A stretch of DNA of 63,973 bases, filler included, from Licmophora abbreviata (Eukaryota), in the NCBI GenBank assembly GCA_900291995.1. It is 10 parts of 10 records of this genome, joined end to end, with 100 filler letters (N's around TTAATTAATTAA, not from the genome) between each part and the next. Parts side by side here need not be neighbours in the genome. Positions count along the whole stretch, not along the records: positions 8,961 to 29,708 come from OLMU01004763.1; positions 29,809 to 32,343 come from OLMU01004764.1; positions 32,444 to 38,914 come from OLMU01004765.1; 7 more parts are not named here. One strand, 5' to 3'. Position numbers and translations under genes: made by a program. Of this stretch, positions 23,320-35,204 are shown piece after piece. The first letter of the stretch is position 1, and every line of letters begins with the position of its first letter. Under the pieces are notes generated by a model. That model ran no database searches and had not been told where the DNA came from. It worked only from the letters and a program-made list of their open reading frames with translations.

Positions 23320-23699
23320 GTGTGATTGCGGCTAAACCAAAAATTCACAAACACGCACTCTCTTTTTCTTTTCAGGCCTCTATGTGATTCGATTCGTCGC
23401 TCTCGTGTCGTCTAACCTGCGACGAGAGACCGTGGTAGTGCCCTGGTGCTGCGGTAGTAGTACAGTAGGAGTCTAGACGCCTTTCCATCCGCCAAAGGCA
23501 TGCATCAGCGTCGCATATCTTCTGTTCTTGTGAATGTTCGTGTGAAGTTCTTTTTTTGAGTATTTGTGGGGGTAGACTACACTAAGTAGGGATAAGCGTT
23601 TGGTCTCAGTGGCGGCGCCGATTGATTGACTCGACTCACTCATCTTGACCACAACACCAAAATACACTACAAAATCGAACGACGACACATCACGACGCG

Positions 23700-25841
23700 A
23701 TGAACGATTCCATGACGGCGAACGGCGATACCAATGCTGCATCCTCCCTACTAGACCCTTCTCTCCTCAAGGGACTTTCCGAGGACCAGCGGCAGGAAGC
23801 ATTGTCCGCAGCCGCGGCAGCACAACGAGCGGAAGAACGTGCCGAGCAACGCGCACTGGACCGCGCGGTCAAGGCCAAGGAGGAGCAGCGACGTTTGGAA
23901 CGACAATCCCTGCAGGCCGACGACTACTCTACTGCGGCGCATGCTTCCAACAGTAGGACTGATGATACTAGTAGAACTAGGAGTTTGCAGCAAGGCACCG
24001 GAGCTGCTGCGGCATCCGGGCGAGTGGTCTTTGTCAGCAAGGCCCAGCGCCGCCGGCAGCAGGCTCCTATGGACAGCGCGACGACTCAAGGGGACGATGA
24101 TGCACTTCGCGAGGCTTCCTTGCAGCCTCCACAACCTTCGGTACAGACTACAAAATCCTTGAACACTGCTGCTGCATGGAAGAATGATCCTCAGTGGGCC
24201 GCAGCGAAGCAGTCGTATCTCGGAAAGACTGTGCAAGAGACGGAAGAATTGCAGTTGCAGCAGCGGAAGAAACGTGCCAAGAAGAAAAAGACCACCTTTA
24301 AGTTTGAATGGGACAATACAGATGACACCTCGCACTTGGAAGCGCAGGACCCTTTGTACGAGGGCATGATCTCGGCTCGTTTCATGAAGAGCAACAAGAA
24401 GCCAAGAGTCGAACTCAAGGCGGTCCCGGTGACGACACTGGAAACTGCCAAGAGCAAGCCACTGGCGCAGATGACGATGCGAGACTGGAGGATTCTACGA
24501 GAGAATTTCAATATCGTCGTCAAGGGAGGCAAGACACCTCCTCCGATGCGATCCTTTCGCGAGGCCCCATCGGTGGAACTACCGCTGCTACATCCGGCTC
24601 TGATCAATGCGGTAGAACAGACCATGAAGTTCAAAGAACCATCGCCGATTCAGCGACAGGCCATTCCCATTGGTCTACAGCGGAGGGATCTTATCGGAAT
24701 TGCGGAGACGGGTAGTGGAAAAACTGTCGCTTTCGGTCTTCCCTTGTGTCATTACATACTGAGCTTGCCAGAACACGTCAAGTCCCGAGTCGCAGACCAG
24801 GGTCCATTGGCTGTGGTGCTGGCTCCCACGCGAGAACTTGCGCTGCAGATCGATGTAGAGTTTCAAAAGCTACTCAGTCATCAGTCAGAGATCGCTTCGT
24901 TTGCCGTAGTGGGAGGTCAACCAATTCTGCAGCAGGCACAGCGACTCCGACAGGGAGTACATGTCGTCGTGGGGACGCCAGGTCGTATCAACGATTGCGT
25001 TGAAACGGCCTATTTGGTGCTGAATCAGTGCTGCTACGTCGTTCTGGACGAGGCTGATCGGATGATTGATATGGGATTCCGGCCGCAGATCGAGTCCATC
25101 CTCGATGCCATGGGCGGAATGCTAAAATCTGAAGACGAGACGCTAACCTACAAGCAAGAGCTGGAAGATTTGAAACAGGGAGATCTTCCTCGACATCGAC
25201 TGACGGCTATGTTTAGTGCCACCATGCCACCAGAAGTAGAGCAAATGGCAAAGCAATACTTGAGACATCCCGCCATTATCAGTATCGGCGATCGTGACTC
25301 TCGCAAAAATGCTCGAATTCAACAGAGAATCATATTCCTGTCGTCGCCGAGTCAGAAAGAGAAAGCATTGCGTGACTTGCTCAACAGGGCTCGCTCGAAC
25401 GATAAGATCATTGTCTTTGTGAATGAAAAGAGGCATGCAGATGTTGTAGGTCGACTGGTGGACCGATTCGGCAAACGATGTGTCGTCTTGCATGGAGGGA
25501 AATCGCAAGATCAGCGCGAAGCCAATCTGGACGCTTTCCGTAAGGGTGGCGCTATTCTGGTTGCCACGGATGTAGCTGGACGCGGGTTGGACATCCCAGA
25601 CGTGACACATGTCATCAATTACTACCTTCCGACGCGATCCATTGAGAACTATACACATCGCATTGGACGTACAGGTCGTGCTGGAAAAGAAGGTCTCGCT
25701 ACATCCTTCATTACAGACGAGGACGAAGGTATTATGCCCGCGCTGAAAGCATATTTGGAAAGCACAGGAAATCCGGTGCCCGATCGCCTTGCACGACATC
25801 CAGCAGCAAACGCAAACCCCAAAGAACGCAACATAACTTAG
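23700..25841 (+). CDS. DDX23: DEAD-box splicing helicase PRP28/DDX23
   Basis: FKFEWDNTDDTS, MTMRDWRILRE, AETGSGKT, DEAD, SAT, HRIGRTGRAG. Confidence 0.95.
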   Translation: MNDSMTANGDTNAASSLLDPSLLKGLSEDQRQEALSAAAAAQRAEERAEQRALDRAVKAKEEQRRLERQSLQADDYSTAAHASNSRTDDTSRTRSLQQGTGAAAASGRVVFVSKAQRRRQQAPMDSATTQGDDDALREASLQPPQPSVQTTKSLNTAAAWKNDPQWAAAKQSYLGKTVQETEELQLQQRKKRAKKKKTTFKFEWDNTDDTSHLEAQDPLYEGMISARFMKSNKKPRVELKAVPVTTLETAKSKPLAQMTMRDWRILRENFNIVVKGGKTPPPMRSFREAPSVELPLLHPALINAVEQTMKFKEPSPIQRQAIPIGLQRRDLIGIAETGSGKTVAFGLPLCHYILSLPEHVKSRVADQGPLAVVLAPTRELALQIDVEFQKLLSHQSEIASFAVVGGQPILQQAQRLRQGVHVVVGTPGRINDCVETAYLVLNQCCYVVLDEADRMIDMGFRPQIESILDAMGGMLKSEDETLTYKQELEDLKQGDLPRHRLTAMFSATMPPEVEQMAKQYLRHPAIISIGDRDSRKNARIQQRIIFLSSPSQKEKALRDLLNRARSNDKIIVFVNEKRHADVVGRLVDRFGKRCVVLHGGKSQDQREANLDAFRKGGAILVATDVAGRGLDIPDVTHVINYYLPTRSIENYTHRIGRTGRAGKEGLATSFITDEDEGIMPALKAYLESTGNPVPDRLARHPAANANPKERNIT

Positions 25842-25884
25842 GATCGCGCTATTTGGGTCGACGGTACCAAACCCTGTGTCGCAT

Positions 25885-27295
25885 TCACACGTCTAGAGAG
25901 TCCAAAAACAGCTCCTCCAGCTCCCTTGGCCCAACCGGCCGTGGCGAAATCTTGGTCACACGATGCTGCGGGAGCGTCCCTTCCACCAGACTTGGAACAT
26001 CTTCTTCGCTATACCCGAAAGTACGAAGTCCCATAGGTACGTCCAATCGGCTCACCAAGTCTTGAATTTCATCCGCGAGCCACTTCCCAGCATCTTCACT
26101 GCTGGTTTTTGTGTGTGGTTCGTGACCCAGCCTCGCTGTCGCCAGAATTCGAGCACAGGTGTCATGCCGTTCCGGATCCGCCACTCCAGTGAAGCGAAAC
26201 ACCGCGGGTGCCGCCACGATCACTGACAGCCCATGCGGGACAATGGCATGATCTATATTGTAGCCAGACGCCGGTCGATACTTCTTCACTTGACTGGCAA
26301 TGGGATAACTCATGCCGTGGCATAGATGCACTCCAGCGTTGCCGAACCCAATGCCTGCCGCCGAACTGGCCAGGAGCATACGCGAACGGGCCTCCTCGTC
26401 CCCTTCCAAGACCGCCCGTGGTAGATATTCGGCAGCCGTACGGAGTGCATAAAGAGACCAGACGTCGCTGATCGGGTTGGCGCCCTGGTAGGCTGGTCGC
26501 TGTAACGGCGACACAGGTCTGGGTCGTCGGGTTGAAGGGAGGGCAGTGAAACTCTCGATTGCATGACACAACACATCCAGCCCCGAGTACTTTGCGACCT
26601 CTCGAGGAAGGCTCACTGTATTTTCGGGGTCCACAATGCCCAAGGTGGGTTTGAGAGATCGATGCGCAATGCCAGTTTTGGATTTTGTTGGGGAGTCGTC
26701 AAAAATGGCCACCCCCGTTGTTTCGCTGCCTGTACCCGCTGTCGTCGGAATGGCTAGCAGAGGCGGGAGTCGCTGATGTGCCGGGATCGGCGTGCCCTTG
26801 CCTAATGGAGGGTTGACATAGTCATAAAAGTCATCTGGCCTTAGCGTCGCATAGAGATTGGCCGCCTTGGCTGTATCAATGACGGATCCGCCACCCAGAG
26901 CCACCACCGCGTCGTAGGGAAGTTGTTGCGTCAGGAAGTCAATCGCGTGCCGGAAGCTGATATCATTCGGTTCGACTCGGACCTGATTATAAACTGTAAC
27001 ATCCAACTGGTTTTCTTCCAAGGATTCCATCAGTACTTGCATCGGAGGTAGAGTACTAATCGTGGCATCGGAAAAGACAACGACCCTCTTAGCACGGAGT
27101 CCTTCAGCAAGATCCTGTCCCACTTCTTTCGTTGCTCCGGCACCAAATCGAAGATTACTGGCAGCCAAGTTCACAAATTCGGTCGGTCGAAACGAGTCTT
27201 AACGTATGAGGGTGGATTCTCTTGACACGTGCTAGGCCTTTGGAGCAGTGATGCCGCCAGAAGCCGGAGACGGAGGACATGGTCGTAGTCGTCAT
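25885..27295 (-). CDS. ADHFE1: Hydroxyacid-oxoacid transhydrogenase (iron-containing ADH family), with a 1-nt frameshift near 27166
   Basis: GGGSVIDTAK, PTTAGTGSETT, DVLCHAIES, YQGANP, GNAGVHLCHGMSY, PHGLSV; the leader from ATG 27295 is in a different frame. Confidence 0.9.
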
Positions 27296-27643
27296 TATGT
27301 TGATGTGTGACTGTGATTGCCATGATTGTGGTAGCAAATTTGGAACGCATTTTGATAGGCGTAGTATGAGAAAGGTGGTCAGCCAAAAAGCGGATGTAGC
27401 CCGACGCCGGCTTCAGAAAAGTTTTCTCGAGGACGATGAAGGATACAAATACAATGGGTTTGCCAAAAAGCGTAGCACACATACTCATCAGAATACCGGC
27501 TCAGACTGCAGGAGCAGAAGAATGCCGGGACGAGGGACCGACTAAAGGTAGCTGGCGATGACTGACAGAAGTTGACAATATACTAACAGGGCGAACATAT
27601 GTCTACTGGTAACCATGACAGAGGAGCACCTCACCGTGAAGCG

Positions 27644-29674
27644 CTATGCGAACTTGGAGTTTTCTGCCCCAATGTCATATTGCTCCCAATCGCTGTCTCG
27701 GAGCGAGCGCTGCTCCAACAGAAGGCGACCATTCGTGACAGTTCCGACATGTGTGAATCCTACTTCCTCACAGAACACACGGTCGTGCGAGATGACGACC
27801 AACGCGCCATCCTTGCCTCCCCAATCGCTCAAAGCTTTTGCTAGGGCATCAATGCAACCAACATCTAGATGATTGCTGGGCTCATCCAACATGTAGAGGT
27901 TGCTGGCCTTCAATGCGAACATGCTCAAGGCTACCCGAGCTTTCTCGCCTCCACTGAGCGCCCCAACTTTGCGAAGTGGCTTTTCTCCGCCCATACCAAG
28001 ACGGCCCATTACGCTTCGAGCTGCTTCATCTTTTACGGTAATATCACCATCACTTCCTTCTCGAGCATATGCCGTCACGAGGTCGACTGCCCGAGATTCG
28101 GCGTCGAGCTCCTGAGCTAGATCTTGCGTAAAGACACCAAGTCGCAGACGCTCATTCTCTGTTCGGGTACCTTCCATGATCATTTGTGGCTGGTTCCCTC
28201 GTAATGCCTTCAGAAGAGTCGATTTTCCAGCTCCATTTGGGCCGCGCAAGAGCAATTTCATTCCTCGGGGGATCTTGAGGTTGATATTCCGCAATAACGG
28301 TTCTCCATCAGGGTCGTGACCGATCGATGCATTGTCAATGCGCAACAGATTCTCCCCGTTTGGTTTGGGTGGTGCAGGCAAAACTAGCTCTGGTCCACGT
28401 CCACTGGCAACAATCGCAACTGGAGGAGGATCAAGCTTTCCTTCCCGTTTCATTTTCTCAAGCATTTTGACTCGCGATTGCGCCGATGCTGCTTTCGTCG
28501 CGGATGCACCAAACTTGTCGACAAACGCCTGGAGGCGTGCCGCCTCTTCCAAATTTCGTTCATACTCAGCCTGTGCGGACGAGGCTCGAAATTCCTTTTC
28601 CTCCAAGTATTCCGCGTAAGAGCATGATCGATACTCAATCAATGTGTTCCCAGAAATCTCCGCAATTGAGTTCACACTGGCATCCATGAGTCCTACATCG
28701 TGCGACACAAGCACGACGCTCCCATCATACTGAGCAATATATTTTCCTAGCCAGTCACGCGCCGAGGAGTCTAAATGGTTGCTTGGCTCATCCAGCAGTA
28801 GAAGCGACGGTTTAGACAAGAGTAATCTACAAGATGAATGAGTTCAGCAACAGAAATTCAAGTGTTGGCACACGGCACGGCGGGGAAATCGAAGTAGCGT
28901 TGTAAATTGCAAGCACGTAACATTATCATCATACCTTGCCAATGCAATTCTCATCTGCCATCCACCCGAAAAGTCACTGCACAGTCGATCTGAATCCTCC
29001 GGCACGAAACCTAGGCCTTTCAATACACTATCGACCATTTGCTCTTGCTCGTAGCCGCCCGCATTCTGGAACTCTTCCTGTGCAACGCCCATTTCTTCCA
29101 GAGCTTCGTCCGAAAAGTCCCCCTCTTCTACTCTTTTACTTATACTCTCCAACCGCTCACGTGCCTCCTCAATCAGGGTCATTTCACTTCTAGCCTCCTC
29201 AGAAACCGTCTTCGTCGAGCCGCTCACAGCAGATTGTTTCAGATACCCCACTCGCACATTGGGGTGGACGAGCGCTTTTCCCGAGTCCATTCGAACTGTC
29301 CCTGTTATGGCACCCAAAAGAGTGGACTTCCCAGCACCATTGGCCCCGACGATCCCAAACCGTTCGTTTGGCTGAACGCTCCAATTTATTTTCTCCAAGA
29401 GAGGCATCGCACCCCGGGAGATCGCAACGTCTTCCAGTCGCAGCGCTGCACCCTTGGTGTCTCCGACTACGGTCCCATAGACCTCATCTATATCCGTGGG
29501 AGGAGCACTGGGTGTCAGTGTAGCACCGGCGAAGAGCTCAGAGCTTGCACGTCTACCAGTTGTAGCCGGGAAAACTGATGTTTGACCCGCCTGGAGCACC
29601 GAGAAAGCCGCAACTCCGGTGGCGCTGCTCGCCACGACAAGCGCTCTAAGCAACGATACGGCCGAGAATTTCAT
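27644..29674 (-). CDS. Plastid-targeted ABC-F ATPase; exons 29674-28935 and 28826-27644
   Basis: Two ABC domains (GANGAGKS/FSGGW, GPNGAGKS/LSGGE, DEPSNHLD) and no TM domain; signal peptide then VAAFS ASAFAP-type motif; GT-AG intron 28934-28827. Confidence 0.92.
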
Positions 29675-30192
29675 TGTCGACGCAGTAAGGAGGCTCTAGA
29701 TGTATCCGNNNNNNNNNNNNNNNNNNNNNNNNNNNNNNNNNNNNNNNNNNNNTTAATTAATTAANNNNNNNNNNNNNNNNNNNNNNNNNNNNNNNNNNNN
29801 NNNNNNNNATTCGTCACCGCTGAGACAGAATGGTGGCGAGAACAGGGTTTCGTGTTCTGATGACATGGTTGGCTCCGAAAGAACGTCGCGGCGCAAAGGC
29901 GAAAAGAGTACGTACTTCGTGCGTGGCGCGCCAAAGTTCTTCCGCCAACGATGATGAGGGAATTAGGAATCTCGGTGTGCAACTGGTGTCAGAATCAGGT
30001 CGTCTCGGTTTTTACAGGAAAGAGACGATATATCCAACTAGTCTAGACTCTATATTTCACTCATTCAAAGAGACATCAGGTACTGTACATATCACATTGG
30101 AGGATGCACTTATTGTCCAGAGGATTTCGTATGTCGGAACAAACTCAGCTACCCAAGGGCAACGGGAGCCGAATGACTGATCCTTTCTCAAC

Positions 30193-31053
30193 CTATGCTA
30201 TCCTCGGTTTGATTACGTACAGTTGCACGCTTCCAAAGCTCAGCTGTATCAGTTCCTCCAGTCGAAATGAAAAATCGTCATTATTCCCACATTGCACCGA
30301 GTTGATGAGTTCACCAAACTCTTGCGGAGAAGGAAAGTCCTTGATGGAGTTCTGCAGATGCAGATACTCGCGAGGGGCCCCAGACAACACTCCACCTAGT
30401 ACTGGGACAATGTGCCGAATGAACAATCGAGCCAACATGCCCATAACACCAGATTCATCGGACGGTTCTGAGAATTCAAGAATGCATAATAATCCTTCTG
30501 GTCTCAGTACACGATGAATCTGACAGAGCGCAACATCTCGTTCGGGTACATTCCGAATGCCAAACGCCATGGTGGCTGCATCAAACGAGTTTTCAGGTAA
30601 CTCTTCGAAATCTTGAACGGCACGGTATTCCAAGGTCACTTGATTGTCCAGTTCTAAATTGCGAATCTTGTCGCGCCCCACTGCCAACATGTTTTGGGAG
30701 GGATCCATGCCCACCACAGTGGCGGCCGGCATGGCTTGGGCCAAGAGAATTGCGACATCGGCCGTTCCTGTCGCAATGTCCAGAAGTGTAGGAATGTTGG
30801 AACTTTCTAAAACATGCTTCTTCACTCGTTCTACCATGACTTGACGCCACCCGACGTCCATTCGCAATGCCAAGACGCGATTGATCATGTCGTAGCGGGG
30901 TGCGATGGAATCAAACATTTCTCCAGAGCCATGGTCAGCATTGGGTGTTGCGACGTCCGAAAGTAGCCAGTAGTGAAGAAGAACTGCCGCACCGAGTGGT
31001 AGCAACAGTGCGAACAGTAAATAGGTCGCAAAAGAGCTCACTTTCTTGGCCAT
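30193..31053 (-). CDS. UbiE/MenG/COQ5-family C-methyltransferase with N-terminal hydrophobic anchor
   Basis: MFDSIAPRYDMINRVL, LLDIATGTAD, AFGIRNV, RVLRPEG..ILEFS, YLHLQNSIKDFP. Confidence 0.9.
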   Translation of the reverse strand: MAKKVSSFATYLLFALLLPLGAAVLLHYWLLSDVATPNADHGSGEMFDSIAPRYDMINRVLALRMDVGWRQVMVERVKKHVLESSNIPTLLDIATGTADVAILLAQAMPAATVVGMDPSQNMLAVGRDKIRNLELDNQVTLEYRAVQDFEELPENSFDAATMAFGIRNVPERDVALCQIHRVLRPEGLLCILEFSEPSDESGVMGMLARLFIRHIVPVLGGVLSGAPREYLHLQNSIKDFPSPQEFGELINSVQCGNNDDFSFRLEELIQLSFGSVQLYVIKPRIA

Positions 31054-31465
31054 GGTCGATGCCGCGTTGTGAAGCGAGAGAAAAGTGAAGCAAAGATCCT
31101 CCGTGAATCTGACTGTATTCCACGTGGCATGCTCTGAGAGCAGTATCATGACGTCGGTGTCAGACGCTTTCCGACGACACAGGCTGGCTCGCGCGCCTCA
31201 ACGGACCATCACCAAAAATTTCCCGCGCGAAACGCCTGAAGTTTTTCGGAAACAGCGGAGAAAAGTTGAAAGTTCTTGATGTAGAACATCCTGGATCGTG
31301 GTATTGTATGACCATGTTGATGATCTTGCCAGTGTTCTACGACGCGTTCTGTAGGTGATCTATCCTGCTTGTGGCATCCGGACACTCGTGAAGTTCAAGT
31401 CTCTACAGGCAGTGCCGTGGAGGTTCAGAACGACAGAAGTTCAACGAGAATTCTGTGACTTCAAG

Positions 31466-32815
31466 ATGACTGTAGCGTTGATCTTAGTGGTCGTATGCAG
31501 TATCTTCTGTTTTGAACAGGTTTCCGCGCGTCGATTTGTCACCGGGTGCTCGCTAAAGTCCTCTCCACGACAACCGCTGACTTTTGATGCTGAGTCTAAT
31601 GAATTTGTGTTGGTGCGAGCCGACGATAAGCAAGAGGGAGGCGATCGACGAACGCTTTTGGAAGACGAGTCCGTATCGTTTTCGTTGCGCAGGGGCGTTG
31701 ACTCATTTTCGGATGCTCTACAGGTCAGCTCGAAACCTCGAAGCCTGCAGACACCGGATGAAACTGAGGATGAAACTGACGTTCTTTACACAAGAGAGTG
31801 CCAGTGCGCATCGAGACTGCGTCCGGGCGACACGGTATTCTTCTGTTCAGAACGATTCGACTCGTGTGGTATACCGGCGAGCGACACTTTGCCTATTGGT
31901 TGCTTTAAATCGTCATCAAAGACTGAGATCATTCGAAATGGTATGTCTCAGTTGGCGAATGTGCGACTGAACTATCTGACGCGAGTATCTCGTCTTCACT
32001 TACGCTCAATATCGTTCTCTTCCCAACCCCACCAGCTTGGCCTGTTGTCGTTCTTTGGTATGCTGCCTTGGGCATCTTCTTGCTGTTCACCGAACAAGGA
32101 AGACAAACACGCTATTTCCTTGTCTCCAAGTGCTACAATCGGGATTTCAACCGAAGCTTGCTGCACCGTTATTGGTACCAAGAGGGGGGATACTGGCGTC
32201 TTCGCCAACAACGTGGGTGGTTCGTGTGGCGCATTGCACAGCGGCGAGCGCGAGAGGCTCCTGGCTCGATACAACGAATGATGCTGTCTGGAGGACCCGA
32301 CATGGATCATGTACCCAACCAGCTGACGCTGAAGACAAAACGCNNNNNNNNNNNNNNNNNNNNNNNNNNNNNNNNNNNNNNNNNNNNTTAATTAATTAAN
32401 NNNNNNNNNNNNNNNNNNNNNNNNNNNNNNNNNNNNNNNNNNNCCAGATGACGAGGCGTGCGCCATTTGTTTTGCACCACTGGAGGATGGAGATCGGGTG
32501 GGAGCCCTGCCATGCAATCACACCTTTCATGTCACCTGTCTCAAGACTTGGCTTCCGAGACGCAACGTTTGTCCTCTGTGTCAGGCACCAGGTGTGGCGA
32601 CACCTCGATATCAGCCGGGGTACACTCGTAGTGCAGAGGATCAAGAAGACACCACAGAGGAGAACGAGGATTCAGATCAAGACTCAGGTGGCATGCCGGA
32701 AGCCACACCGCACTCGACTTTCAGCTCTGAAGTGACAGCTGCAGAGCAGGAGTCTAGCCCGACCGAAGGCCGATCAGCCAACCCGTTTGTTGGTGCCTTC
32801 GAGCATCCACGTTGA
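31466..32815 (+). CDS. Membrane RING-H2 E3 ligase-like protein (paralog A); intron 31941-32035; a spacer interrupts the CDS
   Basis: Signal peptide, Cys-rich ectodomain and spliced TM segment RNAWPVVVLWY; after the spacer CAICF...LPCNHTFH..CL..WL...CPLC. Confidence 0.8.
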
Positions 32816-33068
32816 CAATAAGTAATGTGTACTGTAAAGAGGGTTTTCATGCTAGACACGAAGGTTGGCAAGCAACGCTGCCTGTGAACATATCAAGTAG
32901 CTAGCGTTCGTTTATCCCAAGGCTATTCGTTGACACCTGGATTCTAGTAGATCTGGGCACGTGAAGCAAAAGCTATGTACTAACGACAAGAAGCTATGGT
33001 CCGCCGTCTGGTTCTGGCGGCACGGTTATCTAGAGAGTGTTTCTATACAGATTCATAAAAAGTTTACA

Positions 33069-34626
33069 TCAAGCGGAATGTCGATGCAATGGGCGGGGGT
33101 TTGGAACTGCAGCCATGAAGTCGTTCATCAGATTCAGCCATCTTGGTGGCCGAGGGCCTCGATCGGAAGGGGCTTGACTCCTTGAACCGTCCCCCGTGGC
33201 AGAAGTAGTATCAGGTCTATCACCCCCGAGCTCCTCATCCGTCGCTGAACTCTCATGTCCTCGCAAGTAGCGAGAATTGCCGTATTGTGGAGCGGCAACA
33301 TCCCGCATCTGACACAAGGGACAAACGTTACGTCTCATTAACCAAGTCTTGAGACATTGTACATGGAAAATATGATCACATGGCAATGTGCCAACGCGAC
33401 TTCCATCCACGATAGGTCCAAAGCAAATGGTGCAAGTAACCTCGTCCTCAAAGTCAGAAACCCGATCTGCACCGTCCGATACCTGCTGCTGCTGCTCCTT
33501 CTTGTTCTTCAAATCCAGTCCATTGTCATCCTGAGACGAGGCCGAGTAATAGATGTGAGTCTTGAGAGCGAGCGACGAAGGCGCAAGTTCCCCTTCTTCT
33601 ACATCATCGTGTTGTTGTTCCTGCTGCGACTCCTGCGCCGTAACGACCTGCGGTTGTGGGATTCGTAATAGCGAAAGCGGAGCGGCCTCTTCTTCTTCCT
33701 CTTCGTCGTCGCCACCACCATCTGCACCGTTCCGTCTCCGTAGTAGTTCTAGTCGACGTCGATGACAATAGTTCCGCATCAGCACATTTGCCCTTGCTGG
33801 ATCGGTCTCCATCATTCTATCCACCAAACGCCGGTGCCAGCCTGGAATCACCTTTCCTGGAATGAAATGTAAGACTCCTCGACCCGTAGTGGTACAGACT
33901 ATACACAGAAGCAAGAAAGCGTACGCGCCAAGAATGGCTGGCCACAGTGATCGAGCCCTCTTTGTCTTTTGATTCTCATTGAGACATGCAGGAATGAGAT
34001 TGTCATTCATGTATCCTAAAATTGAATTGAAGTGAAATACAGTAATGAGAAAGCGTATATTGACCCTGCCATTTTTCCGTCATCAACTTACGAGACGGAA
34101 TAGCACAAGTTGTGAGCGGCATGATGCAGTAGTAGTCTTGTTCACTGTAGGTCTGCCCATCGGCGCAGGCACACTTGCGAACCCTCACTGACTCCAAAGT
34201 GGAGCCGTCGAATTGTTCCGTCCAGCGATGCACCGTGACGGCGCTCTCTCCTTCACCTGCATCTGATGATAATGCGTCTTCTTCCATGCCTCGTCCTCTC
34301 TCGGCGGAGAAAGCCTTGCCATCACCATTCCGAGCGTACGCAGCAGAATGACGAAGATCTGGGTTCATCAGCCGGCGAGTGCCACTGCCATGCTCTACGT
34401 AGAAGTTTTCGCCGTCGCTCTTGGCGTTGACAATTTCATTGGAGGAAAGGGTGCAGAACTTATAGAAGACACGAGACGAGGCCGGCTGCGGGACTATTAG
34501 AAGGCATGCTACTACAAGGATTCGCCAGTAAGACAGCCCGATGGGGAGAGGGCGATGATGGACCACCATCCTTCTTCTCGTAGGATCAGGCTTTCCTTCT
34601 CGTGAAGAGCTGCTCGCTACTGGCAT
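33069..34626 (-). CDS. Membrane RING-H2 E3 ligase-like protein (paralog B); intron 34091-34016; start codon uncertain
   Basis: Hydrophobic leader, KCAC...YYC..P..TCAIP ectodomain, TM segment, CTICF...LPCDHIFHVQCLKTWL..RNVCPLC. Confidence 0.82.
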
Positions 34627-35204
34627 ACGCAAATGCCCTCCTTTGCCCTCGCAATCATCGTCGTTGTGAGTGTTTCTCTTTCTTGCTTGCGCCACCACGT
34701 CAAAGAAAATGTGAGGAGAGCACACACAGAAAGAAGAAAATGAGAGAACGCGCTCGATGACGCGATGTTTTTTGTGAGAGCGCAGACAGCGCGCACCTCT
34801 GAATTATTGCGCACTCCTTGGCACGTTTTTGAGCATAAACAGCTCGTAAAGTATTCTGTCAAATGCCATTCTGTGACGAAAAAACTGGGTCAAGCGCAAC
34901 GAAAACCACATGCAATACACTACAAGTAACCCATATTATGCTCAGAGTGATGCCTTCTGTCCATTTCCGATGCTGTAATGTGTCCACTCACAGCGATGGC
35001 GCTTTCTATTGCAAAAACGAAAAAGTAGCTAAGTAGTAGCTACGACTCTTTATGTTCAAATTTTAGCATATGTCTTCCCATTTCCTCTTACCCTAACGTT
35101 CGCAACGTGGCCAAGTAAGCGGACTAAGTACTCAAGGACAACAATGACAGCCGCTACGCGCCACCGAGCGGGCGGAGCACTGCAGAGGTTTCGTTCGCCC
35201 TTTG

